Of a stretch of DNA of 10,170 nucleotides, positions 8,201 to 10,170 are shown one piece after another. The notes beneath the pieces were generated by a model. It ran no database searches. It was not told where the DNA came from and saw nothing but the letters and a program-made list of their open reading frames with translations. The DNA is from Neoechinorhynchus agilis (taxonomy: Eukaryota > Animalia > Acanthocephala): positions 1 to 10,170 of the forward strand of contig JBMGUZ010000082.1 of assembly GCA_051530055.1 (NCBI GenBank), read 5' to 3'. The number at the start of each line of letters is the position of its first letter. Position 1 is the first letter of the stretch. Both the position numbers and the translations under genes were made by a program.

Positions 8201-8808
8201 AAGAGCAACATTCAAAAAATCAGCGGGTAGAACAGGAATCTATCTCAAATATATCGCAGCACCAACGTGAGCAACCCGGAGCTGCTCAAAAAAGTCGCCA
8301 GAATAATGTTTCCCTACAGCAACGGATGGACAGGAAGCGATGCCTTCCTCAAGCTGAAGAATTTATGGAAGATCGTGGAATCGAGACTCAATCAACATCA
8401 AAGAGACCACGGATTCCGGTGGACAAAGCGACGGTCAAAAAAGGCGACATGCCCGTAAAGCCAATAAATGAAGATGATACCGATGACTTGAATGACGAAC
8501 AATTCGCCGATTTATTTAGACCGTTTGGGAAACTTATGGACATTGCAAAAAGGGCGAAGAAATTGGAACTTGAGAAGAAGAAACGAGAAGAAAAATCGAA
8601 GAAAAATCCTTTTGACGACGATTCGGGGCCCTTTGAGTATCCATGTTCGCCAGAGATCCAACAGCAAACTTTAGACTCAAGGATGGACAGGCGACCAAGC
8701 GCGTTCGGACTTACCAAAGACGAGGCAAATGAAGAACGGATGAACATGTCCACCGAAAGTCGACTTCATTTCGATTTCGTGGACGAGCTGCTGGGATATC
8801 GAGGTTAG
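5291..8808 (+). CDS. Orphan low-complexity repeat protein (~1179 aa once 22 bp are restored), Q/P/G/Y/M-rich, predicted nuclear and largely disordered; apparent frameshift at ~6868-6952
   Basis: Track ORFs 5231-6988 and 6979-8808 share one 39-aa repeat. The first ATG is at 5291. 3518 bp plus 22 missing bp gives 3540 bp, or 1180 codons. Diverged repeat copies keep frame and 117-bp period. AATAAA lies 150 nt after the stop. No recognisable folded domain; additional upstream exons cannot be excluded. Confidence 0.8.
5966..8049 (+). repeat. Coding minisatellite: 18 units of 117 bp (39 aa)
   Basis: Unit starts at 5966, 6083, 6200, 6317, 6434, 6551, 6668, 6785, 6893, 6997, 7114, 7231, 7348, 7465, 7582, 7699, 7816 and 7933. 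Consensus MQSAGQGGNYTPAPNPQGPPQQTPLKNYGQTQPMAMNAA. Only the units at 6785 (108 bp) and 6893 (104 bp) are short. Confidence 0.95.
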
Positions 8809-8957
8809 GATATAAACTGAAACTGGATCAATTTAGTGGCAAGAGCGTTTATTCGACAAATCAATTCGTTCACCGTCCATTACTTCTGAATTTGGCCGGT
8901 GAAGTTTGTTCCATTGCCTTTTGCAAACGTTCACTGTAAAAATGTTGAAGATTTGTA

Positions 8958-8963
8958 AATAAA
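8958..8963 (+). terminator. Candidate polyadenylation signal AATAAA
   Basis: Hexamer 150 nt downstream of the TAG at 8806-8808, followed by T-rich sequence. It could occur by chance in AT-rich DNA. Confidence 0.45.
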
Positions 8964-9078
8964 GTGTAAATATGTTATATGAAATTTTATTAAGCCGCAG
9001 ATTATATTCAGTAAAAAATGTTCTCAGAATCTAAACGAACAAAAAATTCGCAATGGAGGATAATATTAATTTAACAAG

Positions 9079-9134
9079 CAAGGTGAATAGGATTGCAGGG
9101 CGTGCCGAAAGACGAACTTCGTCTTTTCACCTTG
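9079..9134. other. Nested inverted repeats (outer 9 bp, inner 9 bp)
   Basis: CAAGGTGAA (9079-9087) / TTCACCTTG (9126-9134) encloses AAAGACGAA (9108-9116) / TTCGTCTTT (9118-9126). Confidence 0.75.
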
Positions 9135-9213
9135 TTTATTTAACACCATTCTTAGTTCTTTTTTATACATTGTCCAAGAGATCAAAATGCGCAAATTAGT
9201 TTAAAATAATTCG

Positions 9214-10104
9214 CCACAAAACCATTTGGCTGCGGCTGCGAACTCATTCTATAGTAATTGTAGTTTGTTTTTAAAAGTATCCCTAATTAAATGGACCTCC
9301 TCGACGAGAGATGCAATGCCACTGTCGAAGCCTTGACGAGAGATGCAATGCCACTGTCGAAGCCTTGTATTAGATATTAGCCAAGCTGTGGCGATGTATC
9401 GTTTTCGGACAATCAAGTTCATGGATTCCTTTGGTGTCCACGTCTTGGCCTCTCATTTGCAAATCAATGAGATTGAGCGAGCCACGCCAAAGCGAGACGA
9501 AAGGAGCAATCATCTATTTTAGAAATCAATCGACGGCATTGGTAAAGCGTTAAGAAAATCACAGGAACATTTGGTTGAGGCTGTGAACTAATTCTTTAGT
9601 AATTGGAGTTTGTTTTTAAAAGTTTCCCTAATTAAATTGACCTCCTCGGCGAGAGATGCAATGCCACTGTCGAAGCCTTGAGTATTAGATTATTAGCCAA
9701 GCTGTGGCGATGTATCGTTTTCGGAAAATCAAGTTCGTGAATTCCGCTGGTGTCTACATCTTGGCATCTCATTTGCAAATCAATGAGATTGAGCGAGCCA
9801 CGGCAAAGCGAGACGAAAGGAGCAATCAGCAATTCTAGAAATCAATCGACGGGATAGGTAAAGCGTTAAGAAAACCACAAAACCATTTGGCTGCGGCTGC
9901 GAACTCATTCTATAGTAATTGTAGTTTGTTTTTAAAAGTATCCCTAATTAAATTGACCTCCTCAACGAGAGATGCAATGCCACTGTCGAAGCCTTGAGTA
10001 TTAGATTATTTGCCAAGCTGTGGCGATGTATCGTTTTCGGACAATCAAGTTCATGGATTCCTTTGGTGTCTACGTCTTGGCCTCTTATTTGCAAATCAAT
10101 GAGA
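9214..10104. repeat. Tandem array of ~316-bp units (2.7 copies, A-B-A)
   Basis: Units start at 9214 (345 bp, including a 32-bp duplication), 9559 (316 bp) and 9875 (partial, similarity ends at 10104). Confidence 0.95.
9303..9366. repeat. Perfect 32-bp direct duplication inside the first 316-bp unit
   Basis: GACGAGAGATGCAATGCCACTGTCGAAGCCTT occurs at 9303-9334 and 9335-9366; it is single-copy in the other units. Confidence 0.95.
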
Positions 10105-10170
10105 AAGCTGTTGGACTATGCAGCAGCGTTGGATTTACGTATTTCGAATACTTTCCAAAAGATCCAAGAC

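Noticed and set aside
9632-9832. Ankyrin-like words (ALHLS, RGQDVDTKG) on the minus strand and LRR-like words (GVYILASHLQIN) on the plus strand of the 316-bp unit
   Set aside because: Motif spacing does not fit 33-aa or 28-aa periods, 316 is not a multiple of 3, and stops occur in every frame. Some A/B differences are synonymous in the minus frame, so a tBLASTx hit could reopen this.
9214-10104. Hammerhead-containing retrozyme or satellite monomer, given the suggestive unit size
   Set aside because: No CUGANGA core was found on either strand of the unit; the closest is CTGATTG on the minus strand, without supporting stems.

Overview
This looks like eukaryotic (invertebrate-like, AT-rich, CpG-retaining) genomic DNA, not prokaryotic; the taxon cannot be fixed from the sequence. 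From left to right: (1) an internally deleted Ty3/Gypsy (Mag/K02A2.6-like) LTR retrotransposon remnant on the minus strand, with 3' LTR start, polypurine tract, decayed integrase and a short RT stub; (2) a dead, 5'-truncated CRE-clade (restriction-like endonuclease) non-LTR element at ~2052-3010, and a second, much more diverged CRE 3' fragment at ~4243-4364; (3) AT-rich spacer containing a 17-bp hairpin; (4) a long apparently intronless orphan gene at 5291-8808; (5) a hairpin at 9079-9134 and an A-B-A array of ~316-bp units at 9214-10104. The gene is the most interesting feature. The ORF track splits it in two, but a cluster of small deletions totalling 22 bp explains the split, and restoring them gives ~1179 aa. 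The predicted protein has 18 tandem 39-aa Q/P/G/Y/M-rich prion-like units, 8 of them carrying a full CDK consensus site (TPLK). The array is bracketed by three copies of an exactly spaced RKR-x20-KRxR bipartite NLS-like module and followed by an acidic-aromatic tail. The reading as a nuclear, cell-cycle-regulated condensate or coactivator protein is inference. All counts were done by hand; no database searches were run.
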